Of a DNA stretch of 64,000 nt, positions 1 through 13,290 are shown piece by piece; position 1 is the stretch's first letter, and every line of letters begins with the position of its first letter. Origin of the DNA: Octopus bimaculoides (lineage: Eukaryota); the NCBI RefSeq assembly GCF_001194135.2, contig NC_068983.1, forward strand, positions 54,364,382-54,428,381, written 5' to 3'. Made by a program: the position numbers and the translations under genes. The notes beneath the pieces were generated by a model, which saw nothing but the letters and a program-made list of their open reading frames with translations, had not been told where the DNA came from and searched no databases.

Positions 1-79
1 ATCTATATATATATATCTATACATATACGTGTACATATACATGTATATGTATACATATACATCTCTCTCTTTCTCTCTC

Positions 80-128
<49 letters not shown>

Positions 129-129
129 C

Positions 130-420
130 ATTAAAGTGAAAGTATCTGTAACTACAGTATCGAAATGTGATTGTTTCAGTTAGTGGAATAGTTTCATTTT
201 TAAAGTGAAAGTATTTGACATGAGTGTTTTTGTTTCACTTTTAACACGTAATACTTAAATAGTGGAGCAGATATGATGTTGCTGTGGGCTCGAACTATGC
301 AAAAAGTTTTAAAAAATTTTTGACTAAAACACAACTGGAACCCTAAGTAAGGCATGTGTAAAATTTGAATGAAATTGGTTGCGTAGTTCTCGAGTTTTAG
401 GGACACACACACACACACGC

Positions 421-459
<39 letters not shown>

Positions 460-501
460 TACATACAGACAGACACACATTCTCATTTTTATATATATAG
501 A
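130..501 (-). mobile_element. Non-autonomous Helitron-like element, 5' part
   Basis: Minus strand starts A|TCTATATATATAAAAATGAGAATG, then a (TCTG)n tract and 'aaccaatttcattcaaattttacac'. This is the layout of Lep1/HINE-type non-autonomous Helitron 5' ends. No 3' CTAG hairpin end identified. Confidence 0.5.
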
Positions 502-1110
502 TAGATATATATAAAAAACACTTTATTAAAGCTGCAAGCACATTACTCTACATTCGGTATTCAGGTACTATTTTTTCCCCACCTTGTTTTGCATTTATGT
601 GCTTACTCATGTGTGTGTGTACACATACAAACATACACTCACACATGCTTCTTTCAGTTCCTCTCTATCAAATCTACACACAAGGTTTTATTCAAATTGG
701 GGCTATAGTGGAACCCACTGGCCCAAGGTTCCACACAATGGGGCTGAACTTAACACTTTCATGTCTTTGAAAACAAAAAAAAAAGCCCATCATGGATAGT
801 GCAACCCTAGACAAAGAATATCTCAAAGCCACAAATGATATTTTTTAAATAAACTGGATGGTAACTGACGGATTGTTTTTGATCATAAGTCAGCTTGCTT
901 TGTGGTTAAACAGCAACATATTTTCAAAGAAAGATTGAATTTGCCCTCCATTAACTATGTGTTCTGTATGAATCCTGTTTGAAATATTTACACAAACTAC
1001 ACAAAACAACAATACAACTCAGATCATTTCATATCAGACACGCCATACAGAATTCTATTATACAAAATATCTTGTGAATTATTGATATATAATTATATAT
1101 ACATACACAA

Positions 1111-1186
<76 letters not shown>

Positions 1187-1582
1187 GTGTGTGCATGTAT
1201 ATAAGTGTGTGTGTATAGAAATGTAGAGAAAACATTTTATATGCGTGTCCATATCTGTATGCATGTGTGTTTATATATATGTGTGTGTGTCTATATATGA
1301 GCAGGGAGATTCATTTCAACATTTCTATACTATAAAAACATCACAGTTTGTGAAGTCTTCAGCATTATCACATTGTAAGTATAATTGCCATGACTCATGT
1401 TATAAAAGGTTCTGACTATTGTAAAGATCAAAATGTTTATTTAGAAAAATAGAAACCCATGATTCAAATGTTCCTCTTTTTCCATTTATTTATATAATAT
1501 TATACTGTATTATATATAAAATGTAAGTGGGTATATGTGAGTGTGTGTATACATATCATCAGTTAACATCCATATTCATACT

Positions 1583-1649
<67 letters not shown>

Positions 1650-1667
1650 AAGAGATAGGCATGAGTA

Positions 1668-1768
1668 TCATCATCATCATCATCATCGTTTAACGTCCGC
1701 TTTCCATGCTAGCATGGGTTGGACGATTTGACTGAGGACTGGTGAAACCGGATGGCAACACCAGGCTC
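1668..1768 (-). mobile_element. RTE-LINE 3' tail copy, cut by gap
   Basis: (CAT)n followed by cgtttaacgtccgctttccatgctagcatgggttggacg, identical to many other copies in the window. Confidence 0.85.
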
Positions 1769-2474
1769 ATATATATATNNNNNNNNNNNNNNNNNNNNNN
1801 NNNNNNNNNNNNNNNNNNNNNNNNNNNNNNNNNNNNNNNNNNNNNNNNNNNNNNNNNNNNNNNNNNNNNNNNNNNNNNNNNNNNNNNNNNNNNNNNNNNN
1901 NNNNNNNNNNNNNNNNNNNNNNNNNNNNNNNNNNNNNNNNNNNNNNNNNNNNNNNNNNNNNNNNNNNNNNNNNNNNNNNNNNNNNNNNNNNNNNNNNNNN
2001 NNNNNNNNNNNNNNNNNNNNNNNNNNNNNNNNNNNNNNNNNNNNNNNNNNNNNNNNNNNNNNNNNNNNNNNNNNNNNNNNNNNNNNNNNNNNNNNNNNNN
2101 NNNNNNNNNNNNNNNNNNNNNNNNNNNNNNNNNNNNNNNNNNNNNNNNNNNNNNNNNNNNNNNNNNNNNNNNNNNNNNNNNNNNNNNNNNNNNNNNNNNN
2201 NNNNNNNNNNNNNNNNNNNNNNNNNNNNNNNNNNNNNNNNNNNNNNNNNNNNNNNNNNNNNNNNNNNNNNNNNNNNNNNNNNNNNNNNNNNNNNNNNNNN
2301 NNNNNNNNNNNNNNNNNNNNNNNNNNNNNNNNNNNNNNNNNNNNNNNNNNNNNNNNNNNNNNNNNNNNNNNNNNNNNNNNNNNNNNNNNNNNNNNNNNNN
2401 NNNNNNNNNNNNNNNNNNNNNNNNNNNNNNNNNNNNNNNNNNNNNNNNNNNNNNNNNNNNNNNNNNNNNNNNNN

Positions 2475-2519
<45 letters not shown>

Positions 2520-2898
2520 TATGTATATATATCTCTATATATATAAAGTCCCTATAGAATTTGTGTGTGAGGCTGGCAGTTTACTTGGCATTCTGGTTAT
2601 TCTTATAACATTTTACAAGTCACAACATAAATTATTCTCTTATAAAAAGAATGGTTGACTATGTATATCAATGAATGTGGGTTTTTCTCTAAATTAATGT
2701 TTTAAGATCTGCATATACCATATATTGTACTTGTGAGGGTGTGTGTGTATGTATATAAACACACACACATGCAGACGCATATATCTATAAACATGCACAA
2801 GCACACACACACATTGATCTCTCTCTCTCTCTCTTTATATATATATATATACATACATATATATATATATATACATACATATATACATATATATATAC

Positions 2899-2986
<88 letters not shown>

Positions 2987-3671
2987 CACTGTATTACCAA
3001 ACTTATGCACACCACACACACCACACACATATACAATCCTTTTTATGCCTGTCTTTCCATACTGGCATGTATAAATGCACCAATTCAGCATTGTCTTGTA
3101 TGAGTAAGGCAGCTTGTGACCTTCAACTATAATTAAAAATCTGAGACGTGTGGATGTTTGCGTGTACACATGTGTGAGTGTGTGTGTATGAGTATGCAAG
3201 CACAATATAGTGAATATCTGAATGGAGAGGTTATATACCGTTGTCGTCATTGGCCTATAGGGAACTACAGCAAGTATTTATTTTACAAACACCAGAGGCA
3301 TCTAATTAATTAATGAAATTTATACTCCAAATGAAACCCTGTATTGCTTCAATCCCCTAAAAATTCCTTTCTCTCTCTCTCTTTTTTTTATCTTGGCAAA
3401 ATAAATCCTGAATGTAAAGATAAAGCCATAAGATCATACTTTGGTATATATTTCTTTAGATTCTTGACACTATCTATCTTTCAAATCTCTTGTCATTTTA
3501 TTTTTACTGAAAACACTGGAAACACAATTCTCCATTGCTATCACCACCTACAACAATCATACCAGTCTTATCAGACCTGAAAAATGTCACGGGTACTGCT
3601 CCTCATTTCCTAACTAATTTATCTAAAAAAAAAAATTTAAAAAAATTCTGTTCACTTTCATATTTGGAATA

Positions 3672-4193
<522 letters not shown>

Positions 4194-4688
4194 ATGATAT
4201 TTGGTTATATCTTCTGGCATGGGTCCCATAGAAACCTAAATAATTTCAGCTTTTCATGGATTTTGGCCAAGCTCTTTTCACACTCTGCATGTCAATCATA
4301 ACAGGTTGTCCATTATAACCCACTTTACTGAAGATACGTGTTTCAATGATCCCAAAAGGATTGAAACTAACTGAAAGCCAAATGAAAGCCATCAAGCCAC
4401 TCGTGGATCAGTTTAATATCATACAACCTTATAACTAATTCCCTTTTCCTGCTCCCTGAAGGTGCTTTCGAACCTCAGTTCTCCAATTTCATAAATTGAA
4501 GTGGATAAGAGATAGTTCTTCCTCTGGGCAGGATAACGATCTGTTTCAGTCAATATTCCTAAAGAATTGGGTACTTAATCCTGATAATTAAATAAACTGA
4601 AGCGATGTAAAATAAAATGAGCAGAAACAAAATGAAATGCTTACAGCAGTTTTCAGCTTTAGAAGTAATTTCAAAATGAATCTCGTCC

Positions 4689-4860
4689 TGGCTGTGTAGT
4701 TAAGAAACTCACTTTGCAAGTGTGTGGTTGTGGGTTGACTTCCATTGCAGGATACCTTGGGCAAGTGTCTTCTATAACAGCCCCAGTCATACAGCCTCAA
4801 CCCAGCCAATGCCTTGTGAGTAAATTTGGTAGGTGGAAACTGTGTGGAACCCATCAAGTA
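4689..4860 (+). mobile_element. SINE 5' half (same family)
   Basis: Head and CORE-like segment followed by (TG)n. Confidence 0.75.
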
Positions 4861-4866
4861 TGTGTA

Positions 4867-4923
<57 letters not shown>

Positions 4924-4933
4924 NNNNNNNNNN

Positions 4934-4995
<62 letters not shown>

Positions 4996-5186
4996 TATAT
5001 CGTCAATATATCATATATCTGAAAAACAAGCACACTCTAAAGAATGAAGCAGTAATGTATTTATAAGTAGTTAAGTCTATATCCAGTGATAGTGAATTTT
5101 TTGACCAGACATGGTCTTAACTACACACACACACACACATATGTATATATATATGTATATATATTTACATATATACATACACACAC

Positions 5187-5455
5187 TGGCACTCCATTGG
5201 TTATGACGACAAGGGTTCCAGATGATCCGATCAATGGAACAGCCTGCTCATGAAATTAGTGTGCAAGTGGCCGAGCACTCCACAGACACATCAACCCTTA
5301 ACATAGTTCTCAGGGTGATTCAGCATGACACAGAATGTGACAAGACTGGAGCAATGTGAAATATAGTGTCTTGCTCAAGGACACAACTCGTCGCTGGGAT
5401 TGAACTCATGACCTTACAATCGGGAGCCAAATACCTTAACCACTAAGCCGCAGTT
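5187..5455 (-). mobile_element. CORE-like SINE, second family
   Basis: gtgtcttgctcaaggacaca core, tRNA-like ttgaactc...ccttaaccactaagcc, 3' body shared with 39940-40010 and 54210-54310. Confidence 0.75.
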
Positions 5456-5465
5456 CTTCATGATA

Positions 5466-5824
5466 TTCTTTTATTCTTTTACTTGTTTGACTGCGGCCAT
5501 GCTGGAGCACTGCCTTTAGTCAAAAAAATCGACCTCAGGACTTATTCTTTGTAAGCCTAATACTTATTCTATTGGTGCCTTTTTGTTGAACTGGTAAGTT
5601 ATGGAGACATAAACACACCAACATCGGTTGTCAAGCCATGGTAGGGGGGGGGGCGAAACAGACATAGACACATAAACATACACACATACACACACACATA
5701 TATACAATGGGCTTCTTTCAGTTTCCGGCTACCAAATCCATTCACAAGGTACCACACAGTGGGGCTGAACTCACAGCCATGTGGTTAAGAAGCAAGCTTC
5801 TTACTCCACAGCCATGTCTGTGCC

Positions 5825-5825
<1 letters not shown>
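5466..5825 (-). mobile_element. Full SINE with internal deletion
   Basis: Reverse complement of the 3672-4193 family. Confidence 0.8.
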
Positions 5826-5855
<30 letters not shown>

Positions 5856-5862
5856 ATGTATG

Positions 5863-6033
<171 letters not shown>

Positions 6034-6044
6034 GTATATCTATC

Positions 6045-6079
<35 letters not shown>

Positions 6080-6189
6080 GCATATCTATATGTATGTATA
6101 TATGTATATATATCTATATGTATGTTTTTATAATTATCATCATCATCCTTTAATGCCTTTCTTAAATATATGGTGGGGTGTGTATGTCT

Positions 6190-6420
6190 TTGCGTCTGAG
6201 TTTGTCACAACCCCACTTCATCCCACCGCTTGACAACCAGTGTTGGTTTGTTTATATTGCCCCCCTCAACTTAACAGTTTAGCAAAAGACACTAACAGGA
6301 TAAATACCAAACTTAAAAAGAAAAAGAGCATACGTACTGGGATTGGCTTGTTTGACTAAAACCATTGAAGGCTGTGCCCCAGCATGGCCGCAGTCCAATG
6401 ATTAAAAGATAAAAGAATAA
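6190..6420 (+). mobile_element. SINE 3' body
   Basis: ccgcttgacaaccagtgttggt ... ccccagcatggccgcagtccaatga. Confidence 0.7.
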
Positions 6421-7309
6421 ACCATTCAGTGGAGTTGAGACATTTTACAAATGAAGCTGCACCATTCGCTGTGGTAGATTCAACTGTAATTCATTGTAAA
6501 GTGTACAGATGCAATACACTACCATTAATAGAAATACACAATACACCATACAAGAAACATCAATGGGATTTAAGGAAACATCAAACATAACGGAATAATT
6601 ACTTGGAAAAGTATTCAAAGAAATTAAATTAAAATAAAATAAAATAAAAAAACAAAAACAATGTGAATATTGATGAGGTGCTACAGCAACTGACTGGCAT
6701 CATGCTGAGCAAGTGAAGTAGAATGTTAGCACCTCAAGAAATATTGAGGGAACATCTAAAATTTTGAATTTGGGAAGTAGACTAGTTTGAAAAATCAATG
6801 ATAAATTCTGGATAGCTTGGTTGGTGCCTTGTTGACAAGCATTGGTGATGTGAGCTGTTGGTGAACTGTGTGAAGTTGTTGTGATGGTCTGTGAAATGTC
6901 ATGAAGGCTCGAGTTAGACAAAAATAGTTTGGTCAAAAGATTATGCTGAAAGAAAAATTTTATATATATATATATATGTATATGTCTATGTATATATGTA
7001 TGTGTGTGTGTGTGGTGTGTATATATGTGCATTTATATATAAATATATGTGTGTGTATATGTGTGCGTATATATATGTGTGCATGTATATATATATGTGT
7101 GTGTGCATGTATATATATATGTGTGTGTGTATGTATATATATATATATGTATATATATGTGTGTGTGTGTGTATGTATGTCTATGCATGAAAATATAACT
7201 AAATGTATATATGTACAAATATATACTTTTGCATCTGTACACACGCACACACACACACAGATATAGTTGTGTATGTATGAGTGTGTGTGTATATATATAT
7301 AATTGTATG

Positions 7310-7347
<38 letters not shown>

Positions 7348-7837
7348 TATAATTGTATATGCGTACAAATATATATTTGTGTATACATATAAATACATCT
7401 AAGTGTGTATTTACATATCAATGTATCTTTGTATGTATTTACATACAAATATATATTTATGTATGTATGCAATGCAATGTAGGAATTGATAAATGTGTAA
7501 TATATCATTCTTCCAAGAACGAAATGACAATGCCTGCATCATGCAATAATGTTCCATGAGGCACTATCTTCCATAATTTACTAAGATATTCAGCAGACAT
7601 AGAATATTTAAACAGTGTTCGTATATTCATACATATACATATATATATACACATATATATATGTGTGTGTGTGTGTATATATATATACACACACATACAC
7701 ATAGATGTGTACATATAAGCACATACATACAGATATATACACAGACGTACATACACATACATACACACATATACACACATACATACACATATATAAGGAA
7801 CACATACAAACACATATGCGTGTGTGTGTGTGTGTTC

Positions 7838-7874
<37 letters not shown>

Positions 7875-8654
7875 TACATATATATGTGCACACACACGTA
7901 AGCGCGGACACACACATATAACAATATAAGTAGAATTGCATGGTTGTATGTTCATGGCATGCCAAAATAGCAACCCAGTTTCAATTCCAGGTGGAAACAA
8001 CACATCACTTGGAAACACAAACATGAACATAATTTCCCATTGCTTTCCTCTTATAAAAGAAAACAAGAAAAAATCATTAAAACTTGGATTTCAAAGAAAT
8101 ACTGAAAACTAGCATGTTTATATGAAGAATGCATTTGAGTTGCCAGTGAATAGAAAAACGGTGACCGATATCATTGATTATTGAAGCAGATGAGTAGGAA
8201 ACATAGAGTAATGTAATTTATTAATTAGAGTAGACAGTCTCAGATCAATAGGAATAGTATTCTAAGATCTTGGGTACAAAAACCAGAAAACTGGGTCACC
8301 CTATCTACAGGTTAAAAATGAGGTCATGTCCAGTTTAATGAATTGATAAGACCTGAATATAGAGGTTAGGAGAAACAAAAAGAGAACAATGACATTAGTA
8401 CACACACACACACACACACATACACAAAATATACTAAACATGCACCAAGGGATTCCTTATGTAGATTCTGCAACTATAGTGCAGTACTGCAGAGGATACC
8501 TGGTAGCTATAAGCGGTGAACATGCTCTCAAAGCACGCTACTAGGGGCTTTAAACATAACCTCTATATACATACATATATGGTGTTTCTGTCTCTTCTCT
8601 CATGCACGTCTATCTAGCGTTCAAAATAATAATTTTTCTATTGTCTTGGCTTAA

Positions 8655-8780
8655 CATCCCTCACTGTTTGTTTTTACTGTCCTGTCCTCACTGCCCTGTT
8701 CTTACTGTTTTTACTGTCTTGTTCTCACTGTCCTGTTCTTACTGTTTTTACTGTCTTGTTCTCACTGTCCTGTTCTTGTT
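8655..8780. repeat. 37-bp minisatellite built from 12-13-bp subunits
   Basis: ctcactgtcctgttcttactgtttttactgtcttgtt occurs twice plus partial and degenerate copies. Confidence 0.8.
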
Positions 8781-9643
8781 AACACTTTCACCCTCCACAA
8801 AAAATCCCAAATTTTATTTAATTTGCTTTGCGGGAAGGACCGTTCCAACGAAGTCGCGTATTGTCCTTGCCTTCAAAACGCGGAGTAGATGGAAGAGGGA
8901 CAACTGACGAAGGGGTATGCTCTTTATGTTGCATGTCTCGTTTCTCTGTTTTTTTTCATTATTCAAAAAAAGTTTGTTTTCTGTTTCTGTTTTTATGTTT
9001 TCATTTCTCATTGTGTTTAACGTTTTTCTTGATGTCCTGTACCCATATATGCATGTATGCATACATAGAGGTGTAGGTATGTACATATATGTATGGATAT
9101 ATGCATATATCTACATATTATTTACGCATAAACACACTGAGTCCTGCAATTCGCATCAGTTCACATGGCCTGGTGGTTAGGGTGTTGCACTCACAATCAC
9201 TTGTTTGTGAGTTTGAGTCCTGGACCATGTGGCACATTGTCTTCTTGAGCAAAACACTTCATTTCAGTTTGATCTTTGTGTGGGAGAGTGACAGAATTGT
9301 TGGCAGATTGGCAGAAGTGCTTTACAGAATATCTTCAGCCTCTCTACATTCTGAATTCAAATCCCAACTGCCAGGAGAAAGTAATGGGGAAACCACTCCA
9401 TATTTCATCTCAAGGCTAGTCATGGTGGTTTGGGAGGGTATGAGCCCTCCTAGGTCATAAAGACAGTGCTGGAGAAGGTTCACATGCACAGGACTTGCAT
9501 AAGGGCAGACCATCTAAACACACATGCACACACACATACATACACTTATATGTGAACACATTTACATATAGGTATACATGTGCATATTTATTCACACATA
9601 GGTCTGATGGAACCAGAAAAATAGAACTCAGTGCTTTGTAAAA

Positions 9644-9747
9644 TCACCTGATGAGACACTCATGCACTGAGGGATGCACTTCAACCAGTTGTATGCTATC
9701 CAACCCTCAAGGGATCAATGCAAGGTGGGTTGAAACGACTGTTGTGA
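9644..9747 (+). ncRNA. Type I hammerhead ribozyme candidate with extended stem II
   Basis: Stem I TCAC(9644-47)/GTGA(9744-47). CTGATGA 9648-54. GAAA 9732-35. Stem III AC-gact-GT. Cleavage triplet GUU (9741-43). The 77-nt stem II insert contains TGCA/TGCA, TGAGGG/CCCTCA and CAAC/GTTG pairings. Confidence 0.65.
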
Positions 9748-10216
9748 GCAATGAAGTTTCTCATGTATTCTATTTTTCATCTCCACCATTTGTTATATAC
9801 TCAATAAACACTACAATATTCCTGAGGTGGATCCAATGACAATTGTAAAAGAACCATGGATAACATCAGGTAGCCACATGCATACACACACACACACACA
9901 CACACATGCACGTAGTGGGTTGTTACATAAATTCATACATTTTTTTCCAACGTGACATTTCATTGGTCTATGTCTGCAAAAAGGTAAAATTTATTCGCAT
10001 TTCAAAAACAATAAACAAAAGTTGTAGAGGAAGAATAGGGCTACAACAACAACAACAAAAAAAAAGCAAAAACATGAAATTCTATGAGGAAAATTATTTT
10101 TCACGAGAAAAGATTAACATAGATGGAAAAAAAAAAATTATCTGAAAACCCAAATAAATGTGAGCGTATGCATGTTTACACGCACACACGCATGCACACA
10201 CACACACACACACACA

Positions 10217-10261
<45 letters not shown>

Positions 10262-10920
10262 CATCTTATTAATACTTTGCATGTACCATGTCCTCATGTT
10301 TTTTTCATGTTGTCTTTTTACCCATTTTTTTTATTAANNNNNNNNNNNNNNNNNNNNNNNNNNNNNNNNNNNNNNNNNNNNNNNNNNNNNNNNNNNNNNN
10401 NNNNNNNNNNNNNNNNNNNNNNNNNNNNNNNNNNNNNNNNNNNNNNNNNNNNNNNNNNNNNNNNNNNNNNNNNNNNNNNNNNNNNNNNNNNNNNNNNNNN
10501 NNNNNNNNNNNNNNNNNNNNNNNNNNNNNNNNNNNNNNNNNNNNNNNNNNNNNNNNNNNNNNNNNNNNNNNNNNNNNNNNNNNNNNNNNNNNNNNNNNNN
10601 NNNNNNNNNNNNNNNNNNNNNNNNNNNNNNNNNNNNNNNNNNNNNNNNNNNNNNNNNNNNNNNNNNNNNNNNNNNNNNNNNNNNNNNNNNNNNNNNNNNN
10701 NNNNNNNNNNNNNNNNNNNNNNNNNNNNNNNNNNNNNNNNNNNNNNNNNNNNNNNNNNNNNNNNNNNNNNNNNNNNNNNNNNNNNNNNNNNNNNNNNNNN
10801 NNNNNNNNNNNNNNNNNNNNNNCACACACACACACACACATAGATATATCTATGTATGCATGTAGGTACATATATATATATATGTATATATATATATATC
10901 TAAAATATATGTGCGTGTGT

Positions 10921-10961
<41 letters not shown>

Positions 10962-11061
10962 ATTATTTTAAATATACATATACCTACCTACATACTTAAA
11001 TCTATTTACATATATATGTGTATTTAAAATGTATGTATATATATTTTAAATGTACATACAT

Positions 11062-11099
<38 letters not shown>

Positions 11100-11554
11100 G
11101 TATGCATATATAGATATATCTATGTATTTATGTATAGATGTAGTTATGTACAGTTTGGTGTGTGTGTTTGTGCATGTATTAAGAATTTTGTTGGTATTGA
11201 TAGGTATGTTCATCAAGAATAATGTTTATTGCTCTTGCTTAAAAGAAAAGTACACAGTAATTAGAAGGTGCTACTAGTTTTAGGCCATGATTCATTTTGC
11301 TTTAGAAAGAAAACAAAACAGAAAAATGAAAATAATAACAACTCCAGAATTTACAAACTTACTTAAAGTTTTGAAAATAGTACTTCTAGGCACTGCACAC
11401 ATATTGTGCAGGGTACTTTTGATAGAGCAAAAATATCAATACTTAAACAAAGTATAGCTTAGATGTAAGGCAATCAGATCTGTGCTTGGTTGTGCAATGA
11501 AGGAATGCAAAATGAATTAGACAAATGAATAAGACGAATGAATGATAACAATAA

Positions 11555-12605
11555 TCCTTTCTACCAAAGGCAGTAGGCCTGAAATTTTGAGGGAGGAGAT
11601 TAGTTGGTTACACTGACCCTAGTGTTTCACTGGTACTTAATTTATTGAACTCCCAAATGGATGAAAGGCAAAGTTGACCGCAGCAGAATTTGAACTCAGA
11701 ATGCAGCAATGGGTGAAATGCCGTTAAGCATTTCGTCTCATGTGCTAATGATTCTGCCAACTTACCACCTTAATAATAATAATAATAATAATAAAGGTTT
11801 CAAATTTTGCTACAAGGGCAGTAATTTTGGGAGAGGGAATGAGTCAATTACATCAACCCCAGTGTTCAACTGGTACTTATTTTATCAACCCCGCAAGGAT
11901 GAAAGGCAAAGTTGACTTCAGCAGGATTTGAACTCAGAATGTAGCGATGGGGGAAATGCTGTTAAGCATTTCATCCAGCATGCTAACAGTTCTACCACCT
12001 CGCCACGTTAATAATAATGATAATAATAATGATTTCAAAGTTTTTGGCACAAGGCCAGCAATTTCAGGGGTAAGTCAATTTACATTGACCACAATGTCCA
12101 ACAGGATGTCCATTAGGATGAATGGCTAAGTTGACCTTGGCAGAATTTGAACTCAGAACATAAAAACTAATGAAATGACAATAAGCGTGATGCAGAGTGA
12201 CAATGTTGGCTCTTTGAATTACAGGTGCAACTCATTTCTGCCAGCTGAGTTGACTGGAGCAACGTGAAATAAAGTGTCTTGCTTAAGGACATTGTGCCAG
12301 TGGGAATCGAAGACATGACCTTACATTCATGAGCTGAATACCCTCGCCCTAAGCTACACACCTTTGCAATAACAACGATGACAATAACAATAATAATTGT
12401 TTTAGATTTTATTAGAAGGCCAGCAATTCTAGCAGGTGGGAGTTAAGTTGATTAGATCAATACCAGAGCTCAAATGGATTTTAATTCATCAACTTCACTA
12501 GGATGAAGATAAAGTTGACATAGGTGAGACTTGAACCCAGAATGGAAAAAGTGTCTTGCAGCATTTTTTTACCTGATGTTCTAATGATTTCTGCCAGCTC
12601 ACCAT
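11555..12605 (-). mobile_element. Four head-to-tail Deu/Nin-domain-like SINEs separated by (AAT)n
   Basis: Each unit has ggatgaaaggcaaagttgac...agaatttgaactcaga, the reverse complement of the Deu/Nin-type aagtcaactttgcctttcatcc motif. Units at about 11555-11770, 11795-12010, 12025-12180 and 12400-12605. Confidence 0.75.
12195..12362 (-). mobile_element. CORE-like SINE nested in the Nin-SINE train
   Basis: gactggagcaacgtgaaataaagtgtcttgcttaaggaca core plus tRNA-like head. Confidence 0.7.
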
Positions 12606-12614
12606 TTTTGCAAC

Positions 12615-12815
12615 AAGAATGATAGGCAAATTTTCAACAGTTGGATGCCTCTCCTGTAACCAACCCTCACCTGTTTTGCAAGAAAGGTAATACTTCCCTG
12701 TAGTTGGACATGTTTCCACAGAAGATTGGACATGTTTCCACAGAAGATTGGAAATGAACACCGCTTGTATGACAGTGGCACTCATTTACAACTGCAGCAC
12801 AATGTCAAGACCAAA
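12615..12815 (-). mobile_element. Second LINE-tail-like repeat family with a 22-bp tandem duplication
   Basis: Matches 59085-59320. ggacatgtttccacagaagatt occurs twice in tandem. Confidence 0.6.
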
Positions 12816-12816
12816 T

Positions 12817-12850
<34 letters not shown>

Positions 12851-12861
12851 CATGAGTATAG

Positions 12862-13184
12862 TCTTTTACTTGCTTCAGTCATTTTAATGTAGCCATGCTG
12901 GAGCACTGCCTTAAAAGTTTTTAGTCAAAGAAAACTACCCCAGGACTTATTTTTTGACTTATTCTATCAGTCTCTTTTGCCGGACCACTCAGTTACAGGG
13001 ATATAAACTCACCAGCATCAGTTATCAAGTAATGGCGGAGGGGACAAATACAGACATACACATATAAACACACACACACACATAGGGGGGACTGAACCAG
13101 AACTATGTGAGTGGAAAGCAAGCTTCTTACGACACAGTCAAACGTGTGTGTGTCTGTGTGTCTGTTTCTGTGTGTGTGCGCGCG

Positions 13185-13222
<38 letters not shown>

Positions 13223-13290
13223 TGATTCTTTCAGTTTCCATTAACTGAATCCACTCAGAAGGCTTTAGTAGGTCGGAGTCTAGAGTAGAA
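12862..13290 (-). mobile_element. SINE (main family) with an extra nested head
   Basis: 3' body 12862-13060, head fragment about 13085-13140, second partial 13205-13290. Confidence 0.7.

Noticed and set aside
1730-1755. CTGAGGACTGGTGAAAC on the antisense of RTE tails
   Set aside because: No stem II and no stem I partner. Treated as coincidental.
8900-8945. CTGACGA followed by a short hairpin
   Set aside because: No GAAA after the hairpin.
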